IMG/VR virus record: IMGVR_UViG_3300009703_000016
Location: 1,001 to 65,000 of that record
Reading direction: 5' to 3' (one strand)
Source of the DNA: a virus
Length of the DNA: 64,000 nucleotides
Position numbers and translations under genes: made by a program. A model generated the notes under the pieces. It was not told the DNA's origin, searched no databases, and was given only the letters and a program-made list of their open reading frames with translations. Within the stretch, counting starts at the first letter, position 1. Every line of letters begins with the position of its first letter. Shown here in pieces: positions 20,401-29,668 of the stretch.

Positions 20401-21310
20401 CTGTTTGATAGCCTAAGAATGCGGCCGTTCCGATACCGCCCCACTTTCCTGCCATTCGTCCTAGTGTAGGAAGTGCTGTGCCAGCTTTAACACTAAAGAT
20501 ATCTTTACCACGAGACAGAGTGGCTAGTGGTTCTAACTCAAAAGGTGTAGCAGCTAACCTGTTTGCTCTTTGAATCCACTCTGCCAATACGGTACGTGAT
20601 TGAGGAACGATTCCACCACGAACAAAGTGGAAGGACTCTTCTTGTATACTCCCAACTGTATTTCTAAAATGTATAGACTGCTGAAGCTTAGCACTATCTC
20701 TGACGTTAGGCAGGTCTGAGTAACCGGCAACCCTAGCTGCAGAAGCAGCAAGGTGTGGGTCACCACTACTAGTCATCACGTTTATGTTGTCTAGTATTAA
20801 TTTGTCACCAGCAAAAAGCTGATTATTTCTGAATGTTAATCCAGTACGAGAGGGTTCCCAGGCATTTAGTAGGCCCGATCTACCTCCACCAATATTCTGA
20901 CTACGAATATTATTTTGTAATTCAGAGTACCAAGCAGTCCTTTCTAGGTTCCTTATTTGTTCTGCAGAAATGAATCTACTAGCTGTATTAGTACTAGTGA
21001 ACTGAGATAGGAAATCTCCAGCGCCAAATGTTCTAAGTACCTGGCCTGGAGAAAAATCTTCAGCTGCTCTTATTCCAGAATAGACATAGTCGAGAGGGTT
21101 GTACCCAAACCTACGGGCGCCATAGAATCCAGCTGCAACTGCTGCTGATGCACCTGCAAACCCTAAGAGACTAGATCCCTGCTCTCCATACGGATTAACT
21201 TGACGCTGTGTACCACCTGCAAAATAGGTTGGTAGACGCCTCATTTGACCAGGAGCGAATTGTTCTAGATCATCTTTAGATATATTTCCTGTAAAGGGGA
21301 AACTCGCCAA
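17489..21310 (-). CDS. Tape measure-like/ejected protein
   Basis: 1273 aa directly after the tail chaperones. Gly/Ala-rich amphipathic and hydrophobic helices. Its stop overlaps the next ATG (TAATG). Confidence 0.6.
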   Translation of the reverse strand: MASFPFTGNISKDDLEQFAPGQMRRLPTYFAGGTQRQVNPYGEQGSSLLGFAGASAAVAAGFYGARRFGYNPLDYVYSGIRAAEDFSPGQVLRTFGAGDFLSQFTSTNTASRFISAEQIRNLERTAWYSELQNNIRSQNIGGGRSGLLNAWEPSRTGLTFRNNQLFAGDKLILDNINVMTSSGDPHLAASAARVAGYSDLPNVRDSAKLQQSIHFRNTVGSIQEESFHFVRGGIVPQSRTVLAEWIQRANRLAATPFELEPLATLSRGKDIFSVKAGTALPTLGRMAGKWGGIGTAAFLGYQTADWATRESSLLDETILGEGITAGVATAGIKANLLAAGIADAVPGLRSYQQAQEELAPGSTSLTKLAALPLVGALSGLTGSYISTIGDRFSQTRRIMKESPGITFSQALSRADPLVREESKAFASKTFDKLTGGRFQKKIPYLGAFGKAKQFGFMGAVAGAALALPFLPGALIPGETEDELSRIYSGEQEVAVRKGRFWEFGRTPYEGTRIQYFRPHWYPRMLQNSYEKSMGTEERSPAKQWMLENFTYDIEREHYYDRPYPVTGAAFEDIPIIGPMMAATLGQLVKPTKLMHTKEWLGSNKFEEDTSTVLRLQERIGSGVRPDRGDTPLGTPVLPGSFKQVLGEQSYRLTELTGLVGFSLSSIKKAITGNDEWFDQEERLQSARRMYGAEREYWDLQIGGGLGTTEFFRRLYPHRRRQIAEYNPIRNAMPDWLPGAGERSPDFQHGDPFTKVKEGELRLPGAGFAARFAELEGVDPEDYSDVFKYKILSDIAPYTSRTANLGRAVSASIRRGELTDREVQIYNTAKEQMAQVKNKNKSFYDYKVLTGDQDITLPGASGAIQSQDLLATINENISSRQPSKSLASSAITGYWEGLIKGAQNPLEALTPLAPASKFMHLQSAIEEYKRTQVYGSEISLWDNPIKNFILPFMRESADFVGAGSIPDVVEQERQLKSYFDILEYTKQTRLAEQAEDEGLDSASTIYRKMASQTLIGVNPYSRNLGSIYKAMPRASRDYFNAFSKAKNVKDRERIMELIPENEKRIYRSQWEMLYADELQTQMDQGLIPDDLQAQAQKELTSLYERQEAEGFPMTPDLQQRFQAEATRDQTYADWFRDTILMSEVSKEVGLPGPDWVGWHPAVDLDDIKLKVVQNAGLDIHDFDLWESDARAAAHRDFLDDATKELVEVETPQDARSASEVQAEIEQILADLGILGQVHVYGLESDNDDNTYKITLEVTENRRDEVRQVLQEMEA

Positions 21311-21316
21311 GTACTA

Positions 21317-22291
21317 TCACTCCTTAGATCTTTTAGCCTTTGGCTTTGCCCCCTCTCCTTGTTCCCAGGCAATCAGAGGCTTTGATGGTTCGTGTTTGAT
21401 TTTACCATCTAATATGTTTTTAGTGTACTCCTTGTTCTTGGCTCGAACCTCTTCTGGAGTTGCACCTCTGGTTGAACGAACAGTTTCTGGCGTAATCTCT
21501 TCTCCTGCCTTTAGCTTTGACATAAGCTCAGGATAGATATGCTCCAAACCTTCTAGGGCATCTTGTCTCCACTTGTCGCCATTCATTTTCATATAAACCT
21601 CAAGGTCTATACCTGTCATACCGTCAGGGACATGGAACATTTGACCATCTGCCCCATCAGAAACCACAAGGTCTTTGTTCCTCTTAGGCTGCTGTCTTGG
21701 AATTGGTGGGTGATATGGATCTAAGACAGGAGCTTTTTCTTCAGGGTTTAGGTCCTTAAACTGCTGTTGTTGACTAGCTGGGGAGTCTTCGCCCTCTAGT
21801 AATACTGGCTGGATGGGTTCCTGCAGGAGACCCGTTGCTATAAGCCTACGCTCTGCCATCATAAGAATTTTTAAGAATTCAAGATAGGGCAAGTCATAGA
21901 GCTTGTCAGCTGTGTATCCAGGAAACGTCTGCAGTATGATTGCAACACTATCATTAAGAAAGTCCCCAACCATATAGCGAGCGTTGTTCAGATCATTAGC
22001 AATCTGCTCTGGACCACTTGGTCCTGAGTACTCCATAATCTGAGATACAACAGTGGTTACTATACCAGCATCTAGAGAATTTATATTTAGTTTAACACCA
22101 GAACTTATTACGCATTTTTTAAATATTTCATCTTCAATGATTGCAGAAGGTATCCTTCCTGCTCTAAGCTCCAGGTCATACTTAACAAAGTCTCCTAGAC
22201 TAAGAGTTTCCCAGGCGATGTCTAAGCCACTAGGTAACCTAGAAACATGACACTCGCCATGGAGAATCCTTGAGTGAAATATTGTAGACAC
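21317..22291 (-). CDS. Tail assembly chaperone-like protein (long form)
   Basis: The N-terminal ~100 aa parallel the 129-aa chaperone (DEIFKKCVI...LDAGIVTTVVSQIMEYSG vs EQTVRTCLL...KAGTIPSLIEMIMQNSN). Followed by YTADKLYDLPYLEF, typical of GT-type extensions. Confidence 0.55.
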   Translation of the reverse strand: MSTIFHSRILHGECHVSRLPSGLDIAWETLSLGDFVKYDLELRAGRIPSAIIEDEIFKKCVISSGVKLNINSLDAGIVTTVVSQIMEYSGPSGPEQIANDLNNARYMVGDFLNDSVAIILQTFPGYTADKLYDLPYLEFLKILMMAERRLIATGLLQEPIQPVLLEGEDSPASQQQQFKDLNPEEKAPVLDPYHPPIPRQQPKRNKDLVVSDGADGQMFHVPDGMTGIDLEVYMKMNGDKWRQDALEGLEHIYPELMSKLKAGEEITPETVRSTRGATPEEVRAKNKEYTKNILDGKIKHEPSKPLIAWEQGEGAKPKAKRSKE

Positions 22292-22294
22292 GCT

Positions 22295-22684
22295 TTAAAG
22301 CTTAGCTACTAACTGCGCTGCAATCTGAGGTGATACAAAGTTTGAATTTTGCATAATCATTTCAATCAGAGACGGGATGGTTCCTGCCTTTGCCTCAAGA
22401 TCTTCAATAGACTTCCACAACAAACAAGTTCGTACAGTTTGTTCTTCGTGCTGTGCAGCATCTATTTGACCAGCCATAGCTTGCTCCTGAAGCGCTCTAT
22501 ACTCTAAGCGAGTAAGACTGCGAAATAGGAAGATCTCCTCTTCATCAAAAGCAGCAATATAGATGTCTCCATAAGTAGCCTTGAATGCTGTAATCTGTTC
22601 TTCTGTTGGTGCATTATCACGTTTGCCTAAAACTTCTTGAAGTTTCTCTGCCAACGTTTGTTCTGTTTTGTTTTCCTCACTCAT
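22295..22684 (-). CDS. Tail assembly chaperone
   Basis: 129 aa acidic protein (TEEQITAFKATYGDIY...FLFRSLTRLEYRAL) between the tube genes and the tape measure. Confidence 0.65.
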   Translation of the reverse strand: MSEENKTEQTLAEKLQEVLGKRDNAPTEEQITAFKATYGDIYIAAFDEEEIFLFRSLTRLEYRALQEQAMAGQIDAAQHEEQTVRTCLLWKSIEDLEAKAGTIPSLIEMIMQNSNFVSPQIAAQLVAKL

Positions 22685-22693
22685 GTAAGCTCC

Positions 22694-23287
22694 TTATAAA
22701 TCATGATACTCTTGTATCTGTTTGATCTTCTCAAAAAAAATCCTTTTTGAATAGTCTCGTTTCATATAATTGCAGATTGTGCAACATGGTACACAATTAT
22801 CCTTAAAATAGCCAAGGGCGTTATTAATCCTGTCGATTCCATTGTATTTTTTGTTTAAGTTAAGATCCCCACAATAAAAACAAGGCTGAGTAATTAAAGC
22901 TTCAAATTCTATAAAGGATAGACCCCATTCTCGGTCTTTCTTTTTGGCATTTCTTTTGTAGGTAGAGAAGCGACCCCTGACTGACTTATCATAGTTTCTA
23001 CTATATTCATTCCGTTCTTCTCTGTGACTTGAATTATATTCTTTTGCCCTTTTCTGTTCTGATATTTTATTGCGAAAATAGAAAGCTCGTTTACGTTCTT
23101 TTATTAACTCTTTGTGATTATTTTTGTATTTTCTATCCGCTTTCCTTATTTTATCACGATTCACTGTGGCATAATCTTTCTTGCAGTTTTTGCAATAAGC
23201 TCCTAATCCATCTTTAGACTTCTGTTGTTTGTGGAACTCAGAAAGCGCTAAAGACTCTTGGCACCTAGAGCAAATTTTTTCCTTCAT
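22694..23287 (-). mobile_element. Free-standing HNH-type homing endonuclease gene
   Basis: N-terminal zinc motif CSRC...CKNC, a basic helix, then PCFYCG...GIDRINN...YFKDNCVPCCTICNYMK. Visibly more AT-rich than its neighbours and inserted in the tail operon. Confidence 0.85.
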
Positions 23288-23293
23288 ATTTCT

Positions 23294-23321
23294 AGTATAA
23301 TGTAAGTTAGTTTTATAGCAA
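23294..23321 (-). promoter_or_regulatory. Sigma70-like promoter giving a probably leaderless HNH mRNA
   Basis: TTGCTA-N16-TATACT on the minus strand, with the ATG 6 nt downstream of the -10 box and no SD. Confidence 0.5.
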
Positions 23322-23324
23322 CCG

Positions 23325-24122
23325 TCACGACCATTGACGGGCGATAAACTGGTAACCTTCTTTTACTGGTTTACCATCATTCATAATTGTCTTAGCTTGA
23401 CCGACTATCCGAACACCGTCAATACGACGTGCGGTATGGTTGATACGATCATTACTGTTAAAATCTCCGTAAGTAACATAAATAGTAAATCCATCAAAAG
23501 CGTTGTCATCTACTCTCCTGGGTTCCTTGTCCAGTTTTTGTCTTCCCCAGACTCTATTCTCGAATGCTTCGAATAGATTCTCTGCAGAATTAAGTGCACC
23601 ATCGGGATTATTAAAGCCAGATATGTCAGCGTGTAGACTTGTTAGCTTCTGGTAGTAATCCATAAGCTCTTCTCTCGTTGCGCCATCTCGTCTAGCTAAC
23701 TCAGATTCAGCTGATAGGACTCTTTCTATATTAGCCATCTCAACTCCACCAAGCTCCTTTCCCCTAGTTGCTCCTCTTATGTCAGGACGACCTAGTTGTT
23801 TACTAGATACGAAGGGTGACACAAGTGGAGTTCCCTTTTGAGATTCTAGACGACGAAGTCTGTTAAGTACAGTATATAAATAACCAGACTCTTTAAAGTT
23901 AATCTGAAAACTACCCTGTACTAATACAGTACCCTGAGCTGTTGCATCAAAGAGTTGAGAAGCATAGCCATATATAGGACGTTTGTTTTGATTAAGAACG
24001 ACTTGTAGTTCACAGCATTCATCAATAACCACATCTCCTATATAGAGATTCACCTGACTAGAGGCAAAGTATTCCTGATCATAAACAGTTGTTCTAGTTT
24101 GTGTACGTGGATTAGGTGGCAT
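23325..24122 (-). CDS. Tail tube-like initiator protein (tube paralog 3)
   Basis: YFASSQVNLYIGDVVIDECCELQ...KRPIYGY...VQGSFQINF aligns by eye with the tube protein N-terminus. Confidence 0.65.
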   Translation of the reverse strand: MPPNPRTQTRTTVYDQEYFASSQVNLYIGDVVIDECCELQVVLNQNKRPIYGYASQLFDATAQGTVLVQGSFQINFKESGYLYTVLNRLRRLESQKGTPLVSPFVSSKQLGRPDIRGATRGKELGGVEMANIERVLSAESELARRDGATREELMDYYQKLTSLHADISGFNNPDGALNSAENLFEAFENRVWGRQKLDKEPRRVDDNAFDGFTIYVTYGDFNSNDRINHTARRIDGVRIVGQAKTIMNDGKPVKEGYQFIARQWS

Positions 24123-24125
24123 TTT

Positions 24126-24425
24126 TTAGAAAATCAAACTCCTCATCTTAACCTGAGTGCAAATATCATCTACCGAGAATTCAAATCCAAGAGACTGTAG
24201 GTTTAAATCTTTTAAGTCAATTCTTGTTTCATCTTCCATCAAGAGATATCCTTCGAAATAATCTGTTGCCGTGCCTACGCATTTAACCACAAGCTTTTTG
24301 ACCTTACTGTTTGATAGTGCTGGGTGCGTATTTAGTTCAAGCTCTATCTCGGGAATGTCCAACGTAGAGTCTACAAACTTTATTGGATCAGGACTTGAAA
24401 ATTTATATAGTGGTTTTTTACTCAT
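24126..24425 (-). CDS. Hypothetical protein
   Basis: 99-aa ORF that tiles exactly between two tube paralogs, with a GGGAGA SD-like sequence. No recognised motif. Confidence 0.6.
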   Translation of the reverse strand: MSKKPLYKFSSPDPIKFVDSTLDIPEIELELNTHPALSNSKVKKLVVKCVGTATDYFEGYLLMEDETRIDLKDLNLQSLGFEFSVDDICTQVKMRSLIF

Positions 24426-24436
24426 GTTAGATCTCC

Positions 24437-25633
24437 CTAGAAATATGGATTATAGCGATTCTTAAATCTAGTCTCTGATGCATCTTCATCATTCTCTACT
24501 TCACCATAGTCACTACCAATAAGGTCTGATGCCTTGAGTGGCTTATCAGGTCTACGACCCTGAGCAAGAGCTTGGTTGTATGCTAGCAGTACTTCACTGT
24601 AACGTCGACCATCTTCTGTGGTTACTGGAGTCATAGGGTCTACATCTCTAGCAATATACTGGACAGTATTCTCTAATAGAATATCTTCTATGGACATAGT
24701 TTGACCTTCAGATACAAACTCTACTCCATAGATTGTCATCCTTGATAGGGATCCGTATTCGTTTGCAAACTGTATAGTGATATCAATAGGTGGTAGTTGA
24801 TCTAAGATCGCTGCCTTAAACTTGTTATCACCATCAAAGTCTGAGGGGTCGTAGTCCAGAAGAGAGAATAGGACATTCTTATCAAAGACAGTAAAGATCA
24901 TACTTCCAGCTATAGTGCGCTGGCCCCTGACCCAACCCTGAGGATTGGACTTACCGAAGGATCTAACAGGCCCCTTCTCTCTGTATGTTGAGAGTGATAT
25001 TGTTTGAAGCTCCGCAAGTACCTTAGTTTGAAAGAACTGTCCCGACTCCTTTTTGGAATCAAGGGCGTCTTTCTGTTGCTTCCATCCATCTATTAATAGT
25101 TGTAGGTCTGATTTGATAGCATCTATCTCTCCAGCAAAAGCAGTTGGATTCTCTTGGACTGCGAAATACCTGCCAAGAAGTGTTTTACCAATAAACTGAT
25201 TATAATTTATATTCACAGGCAGTGAACTTTCTATGCCAATAATATTATTAATAGGCTGTCTCCAGATGTTATTAAACTGAAGTTCATACTGAGTACGAGC
25301 AATTTGTCCACTAACGAGCTGATCTTGTAACGGTCTGATTAATCTAGTATTAGCCTTCAGGTTAGAGAGTATTGAGTTAACCTGTTCATATGAACCTATA
25401 GCTGCCTCAAGCTGTTTGATTATACTTATTGGTCCTTCATGATACTTGTGAACCAATACTTTTATATCAGCTCCAGAGTATGAAGATCCATTGAAAAACA
25501 ACCTCTTAGACGGGCTTTCAATAGCAGTAGAATTCCCATTTCTATCAAGAGGGTTGGGACCATGAACATCAGATAGTTTAGTAGGATCTGTTATTTCAGA
25601 GTTTGTTGTTGCTTGTTTTTTAGGTATTGCCAT
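24437..25633 (-). CDS. Tail tube-like protein with a helical insertion (tube paralog 2)
   Basis: YSGADIKV...LAELQTISLSTYREKGPVRSFGKSNPQGWVRGQRTIAGSMIFTVFD parallels the major tube. Start taken at MAIPKK (25633) because the track start (25648) falls in the terminator tail. Confidence 0.75.
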   Translation of the reverse strand: MAIPKKQATTNSEITDPTKLSDVHGPNPLDRNGNSTAIESPSKRLFFNGSSYSGADIKVLVHKYHEGPISIIKQLEAAIGSYEQVNSILSNLKANTRLIRPLQDQLVSGQIARTQYELQFNNIWRQPINNIIGIESSLPVNINYNQFIGKTLLGRYFAVQENPTAFAGEIDAIKSDLQLLIDGWKQQKDALDSKKESGQFFQTKVLAELQTISLSTYREKGPVRSFGKSNPQGWVRGQRTIAGSMIFTVFDKNVLFSLLDYDPSDFDGDNKFKAAILDQLPPIDITIQFANEYGSLSRMTIYGVEFVSEGQTMSIEDILLENTVQYIARDVDPMTPVTTEDGRRYSEVLLAYNQALAQGRRPDKPLKASDLIGSDYGEVENDEDASETRFKNRYNPYF

Positions 25634-25646
25634 ATACACACTATAC

Positions 25647-25686
25647 AAAAGAAGAAAGCCCAGGTCGAATTTTCGATCTGGGCTTT
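25647..25686 (-). terminator. Rho-independent terminator after the major tail tube gene
   Basis: Minus strand AAAGCCCAGATCGA-AAAT-TCGACCTGGGCTTT followed by CTTCTTTT. Confidence 0.8.
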
Positions 25687-25708
25687 ACTTCTCACTTGTT
25701 TGTGAATT

Positions 25709-26395
25709 TTAACTTTCAGCAGCAGCAACTTCAATAGGGGTACCAATGGCATCGATATTGGGGTTGGTGAGGTTTTGCCAGTTAATTACTTGACGGGCAA
25801 CAAAGGTCATCTGCTGTTCGGATACGATGTCATCAATAGACACACCGTAACCCTCGTTGAGGATCTCCAATTGGAAGATTCTCATAACAGCAAGAGCACC
25901 ATACTCATTAGCTGCGGCTAGCGTAACATCAAATGGAGGAATTTGATCAGCATACCACGGAGCAGTAATTGCTTGATCACCACCTACGTTTTGAATATTA
26001 GATTCTGTACGTAGGGCAGCTAGAGACTCACGACTCTGAGCAATACCTTCATTAATATTAGGCGTCTGGTTTGCACCAGGGAAAGCCTTTAGCTCCTCTT
26101 TATCAGCAGAGAAGTTTAATTTGTTAGCATCCGAAGTTGCAAACGCACCAAACGTACCGATAAGAGCACCACGATCAAAGACAATAAAGATAAGAGTACC
26201 GGCAATACCCCTCTTTCCGCGAGCGAAAGCTCTTGGATCTGCCTTTCCCATAGTATAGATAGGAGCCTTTTCACGAGTGATTGAGTAACTGATAGCTTGA
26301 AGCTCACCAATTACAACATTATTAAAGACAGCTTTAATATCAATTCCTGAGAATGAATTATAGGACTGTCCGATAGCTGCAGTAGCATTAGGCAT
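25709..26395 (-). CDS. Major tail tube protein
   Basis: 228 aa directly after the sheath and followed by a terminator. SFSGIDIKAVF...GELQAISYSITREKAPIYTMG...RGKRGIAGTLIF. Confidence 0.85.
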   Translation of the reverse strand: MPNATAAIGQSYNSFSGIDIKAVFNNVVIGELQAISYSITREKAPIYTMGKADPRAFARGKRGIAGTLIFIVFDRGALIGTFGAFATSDANKLNFSADKEELKAFPGANQTPNINEGIAQSRESLAALRTESNIQNVGGDQAITAPWYADQIPPFDVTLAAANEYGALAVMRIFQLEILNEGYGVSIDDIVSEQQMTFVARQVINWQNLTNPNIDAIGTPIEVAAAES

Positions 26396-26413
26396 ATTTT
26401 ATCACTCCTCCTA

Positions 26414-28348
26414 TTAGGTAGCGGCCAAAGCAAGTGTTACGTTGATTTGTCGCAATTCGAAAGCTGGGACGATAACTAGGTTAACATCAGCTTTACCTTC
26501 GATTCGTTGTAATGACGTTGAAGTCACGCCTAGCTCAAATCTGTTCAAGACTCCAGCTTCTGCCAAGTCGCCGAGAGCTTGACTGATTGCTGTTTCAAGA
26601 GCTGATAGCTGAGCAGAGGTGACACCTTCACCGAGGAACGGTTCACCAACTAGTCTTACAGTATCCAAGACAGCTTTTACGATTGCCATAGTACTACGGC
26701 GTGTGTAATCACTATCAGGACGAGCTGCGGTAGGTGCATCTGCCACAACGACACCCTTTGGTTTTTCTAAGAAGTGGACGTATCGCTTTCCAGCAAGTGA
26801 GTCAGTCTTAGAGTTAGCCAAACGGAATGGTAATTGTACGTTTGCAACAACCTTGTTAGTAGCAGCAGAAGCTGGAGCTAACCTGGTTAATAGACCTGCA
26901 TAAGATGCAGCTCCAGAAGCAGAGTACTGTTGTGAACGTGCTGGGTTACTAACTAATGGATATGCAGAGACAACATCAAGATATTTCCCGATATCAACTA
27001 CAGAGCTATTAGTATCTAGTAATTCTGCACCATTAAGTAGTCCATTGTCAGTAGCGATGAAGCCACCATTAACAGAGCCATTTCTGTAAGCTGGTAGCGT
27101 AGCCTCAGCAATTCTACCTGCTAAGAACTTATTACCTAACAAGCCTTTACCGTTAACAGTAATACTGGTTGTTCCAGCTGCACTTATTGTAGTAGTAGGA
27201 CTTGATCCAACCCAGAGGGCAACGTCTTTCGGAGAGAAAGAGTTTGGAGGTAATACACCAATTGATCCATGCATCTCAGTGTTTAGGTGAGACTGTTGGA
27301 AACAGAAATATGCTAGTTGATGTGCAAAGTTTACTTCACTGAAGCTACCAAGAACAAGATCAGCAGCGGAACCTGCAACAGCAGCAGCAATTGAAATGTC
27401 GCCAGCGTCGATGGCAGTTTGGGCTGAGCCACTAATGCCTTCAACAGTTGGAGTAATTTCAGCAACGCCGTCTTCATCCATGTCCCACCAGTAGTAATGA
27501 CGACCTTCGAATTCTTCCTGACGGAACATTCCAAGCATGTCATCTAGACCACCAAGTGTGATATCAGAATGTGCAGTGATACTAGCCATTAAGCCAGAAA
27601 CAGTTGCACTGTCTGTATCTCTGATGTTTTTATCATCCAAGAATACATTCATAGGAAGAACAACATCTAAATCAGCATCTTCAAGTAAGCGATAAGCATC
27701 TTGAAGGGCTTCATAGGTTTGCATCCTATTTAATGTTAGACCATCATCACCAGCGGTGATTGTTGTTGCAAGGTCACCATTAGGGGTTGCAGAAAGAGGG
27801 ACCTGGTCAAGCTGAACAGCACTATCTTCTGGATTACCAGAGGCAAGTCCAACATCGTCACCAGAGCCTAGAGCTGCACTAATAGTTACGATAACCTCTC
27901 CTAGATCAACACGAGTAGATGGATCTCCAACTGCTCCGCTGTCATAAACAAGAAGATCGTCAGCAACACGAAAAACCCTTGCTCTAGATGTGGAAGTTAA
28001 GTAATGAACTTTAAATAAAGCTCCAGCAGTATCGTCTTTAGCGATAGTTTCAATAACAAGAGCACTTGAAGCTAAGCCTGTTAACTTAGCAGCAGTAGCA
28101 CCTATTCTAAATAGTCGTAGGTTGGATGCACCAGTAGAGTTAGCTTCATACATACCACGAACAAGTGTGCCAGTGGTACCATATGTGGAAGCAGCATCAG
28201 AAACCCTTACAACTGTAAAAAGCTCCTCTGCATCACCCTGGGCAGATGTTCCAAGAACAACTACGATAGGGGCATCGTTTGTATTAGGGATGGTTAGGTT
28301 TCCATCGAGTTTGGTATCGAAGATACCAGGTAAGTTCTCAAAGGGCAT
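26414..28348 (-). CDS. Tail sheath protein
   Basis: 644 aa. N-terminal MPFENLPG...VVVLGTSAQG. C-terminal sheath signature GVVVADAPT...DYTRRSTMAIV...EPFLGEG...DVNLVIVPAFELRQINVTL. Confidence 0.9.
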   Translation of the reverse strand: MPFENLPGIFDTKLDGNLTIPNTNDAPIVVVLGTSAQGDAEELFTVVRVSDAASTYGTTGTLVRGMYEANSTGASNLRLFRIGATAAKLTGLASSALVIETIAKDDTAGALFKVHYLTSTSRARVFRVADDLLVYDSGAVGDPSTRVDLGEVIVTISAALGSGDDVGLASGNPEDSAVQLDQVPLSATPNGDLATTITAGDDGLTLNRMQTYEALQDAYRLLEDADLDVVLPMNVFLDDKNIRDTDSATVSGLMASITAHSDITLGGLDDMLGMFRQEEFEGRHYYWWDMDEDGVAEITPTVEGISGSAQTAIDAGDISIAAAVAGSAADLVLGSFSEVNFAHQLAYFCFQQSHLNTEMHGSIGVLPPNSFSPKDVALWVGSSPTTTISAAGTTSITVNGKGLLGNKFLAGRIAEATLPAYRNGSVNGGFIATDNGLLNGAELLDTNSSVVDIGKYLDVVSAYPLVSNPARSQQYSASGAASYAGLLTRLAPASAATNKVVANVQLPFRLANSKTDSLAGKRYVHFLEKPKGVVVADAPTAARPDSDYTRRSTMAIVKAVLDTVRLVGEPFLGEGVTSAQLSALETAISQALGDLAEAGVLNRFELGVTSTSLQRIEGKADVNLVIVPAFELRQINVTLALAAT

Positions 28349-28366
28349 TTAACTTCTCCTCCTTAT

Positions 28367-29089
28367 TTATTCTTCTGAGCCTGAGCGGCCGACAGAGAGA
28401 TCAAGATAAATATGTTCTAATTGCTTCTCATCTACTGTAGTTATTTTTTCAGTACGAACAAAGTATACAAGTCTTTGACCATATACCCTCTGTCCATCAT
28501 TATCCTGAAACACATCTTCTTGCGAATAATATAAGACTCTATTCACACCTGACACTCTGAAAAACCAGATATACTTTTCCATGAACTCTTCAAACCAAAA
28601 GGCACGCTCGATTGCTTCCTTATTAGTCTGAGCCCATGCTGTAAACCCGATCAGATTGTCAAACCATTTCCCCAGTATTGCCGTAGTGTAGCCAGGATCT
28701 GTTTTAGATAGCCTTTTCTCTCGCAGGATTGGACGCCAATTTTTTGTATTGCCTTCCATCGGTGACCCTTCTGCGAAAGAACCTGGTACCCTTTTATCTA
28801 GGGATATAGTTATACGCTCCGTTTCTTGTTCTCTATTGGGTCTTTCCCACGATAGCTCAAGTTTTCTATTGATCGGAGGCTGCTGTCTTCTTTGATAATC
28901 TTCCATTGCTTTACTTACAAGTTCTAAAAATTGAAAATAGTTCTTAGACTGACCATGTGTTCTCGATCGGCCTACTGGATCTTGTGCGTTATCCACAATA
29001 GATTCCATGATTTGGTTGACATTGGTTCTAATACCAGGCTCTTGTTCTAGAAGAGCAGGCGGTGTATCAAATCTAGTATCGTTACTCAT
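28367..29089 (-). CDS. Tail terminator/neck protein
   Basis: 240 aa immediately upstream of the sheath. WFDNLIGFTAWAQTNKEAIERAFWFEEFM. Confidence 0.6.
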   Translation of the reverse strand: MSNDTRFDTPPALLEQEPGIRTNVNQIMESIVDNAQDPVGRSRTHGQSKNYFQFLELVSKAMEDYQRRQQPPINRKLELSWERPNREQETERITISLDKRVPGSFAEGSPMEGNTKNWRPILREKRLSKTDPGYTTAILGKWFDNLIGFTAWAQTNKEAIERAFWFEEFMEKYIWFFRVSGVNRVLYYSQEDVFQDNDGQRVYGQRLVYFVRTEKITTVDEKQLEHIYLDLSVGRSGSEE

Positions 29090-29098
29090 CGTTTATCC

Positions 29099-29668
29099 TC
29101 AGAGCCACTTGTTATTATCTTTATAACCGTTTGCTTTCCAGAACTCTAAACGTCCATTATCTAGACGTAATTCTAATAAAGCAGCAATAACATATAGTTC
29201 TTTACGCTGCTTTGGTAATACCATTTTACCTTCTTTGTTAAGTACCAATGTTACCAGTTTATCATCCTTGGTCAAGTCGTAGTCAGACTCTATCCAGAAG
29301 GCTCTTAGTGGGGTATTCATGATACCTGGAACCCTAAGAGATTCACGATCTGATCTTTGAGATTCAGTGTTTACCTCAGCATGGTAGAATCTAATATCGA
29401 CTTCGTCCCAGAGGAAAGCTTCTCCGAGGCAACTATTACACCTTCGTTCTCTGTCAGGCTCTGCAGTTACAGGACTCACACATGAACACAGAATCTTTTG
29501 GCCTTCGGCATCTCTTCGAAATCTACGAAGAAATCCTGGCTGGAACTTTGAGATTTCAGGACACGAGCCCTCTGCAGTATTGTTAAACTCACTGCGAAGA
29601 TCAATTTCAGTTACGCCACTCTTACTACAGTCTCCGTAAAAATCGTCTACTCTTCTAGGCATTACCAA
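29099..29668 (-). CDS. Head closure/neck protein with a Cys cluster
   Basis: 189 aa with CSC...CNSCLGEAFLW and a C-terminal LRLDNGRLEFW. Neck-gene position. Confidence 0.55.
   Translation of the reverse strand: MVMPRRVDDFYGDCSKSGVTEIDLRSEFNNTAEGSCPEISKFQPGFLRRFRRDAEGQKILCSCVSPVTAEPDRERRCNSCLGEAFLWDEVDIRFYHAEVNTESQRSDRESLRVPGIMNTPLRAFWIESDYDLTKDDKLVTLVLNKEGKMVLPKQRKELYVIAALLELRLDNGRLEFWKANGYKDNNKWL

Noticed and set aside
22290-22305. Classical -1 slippery site for the tail chaperone
   Set aside because: The downstream ORF is in frame 0, so a -1 shift at CTTTAAA would not enter it.
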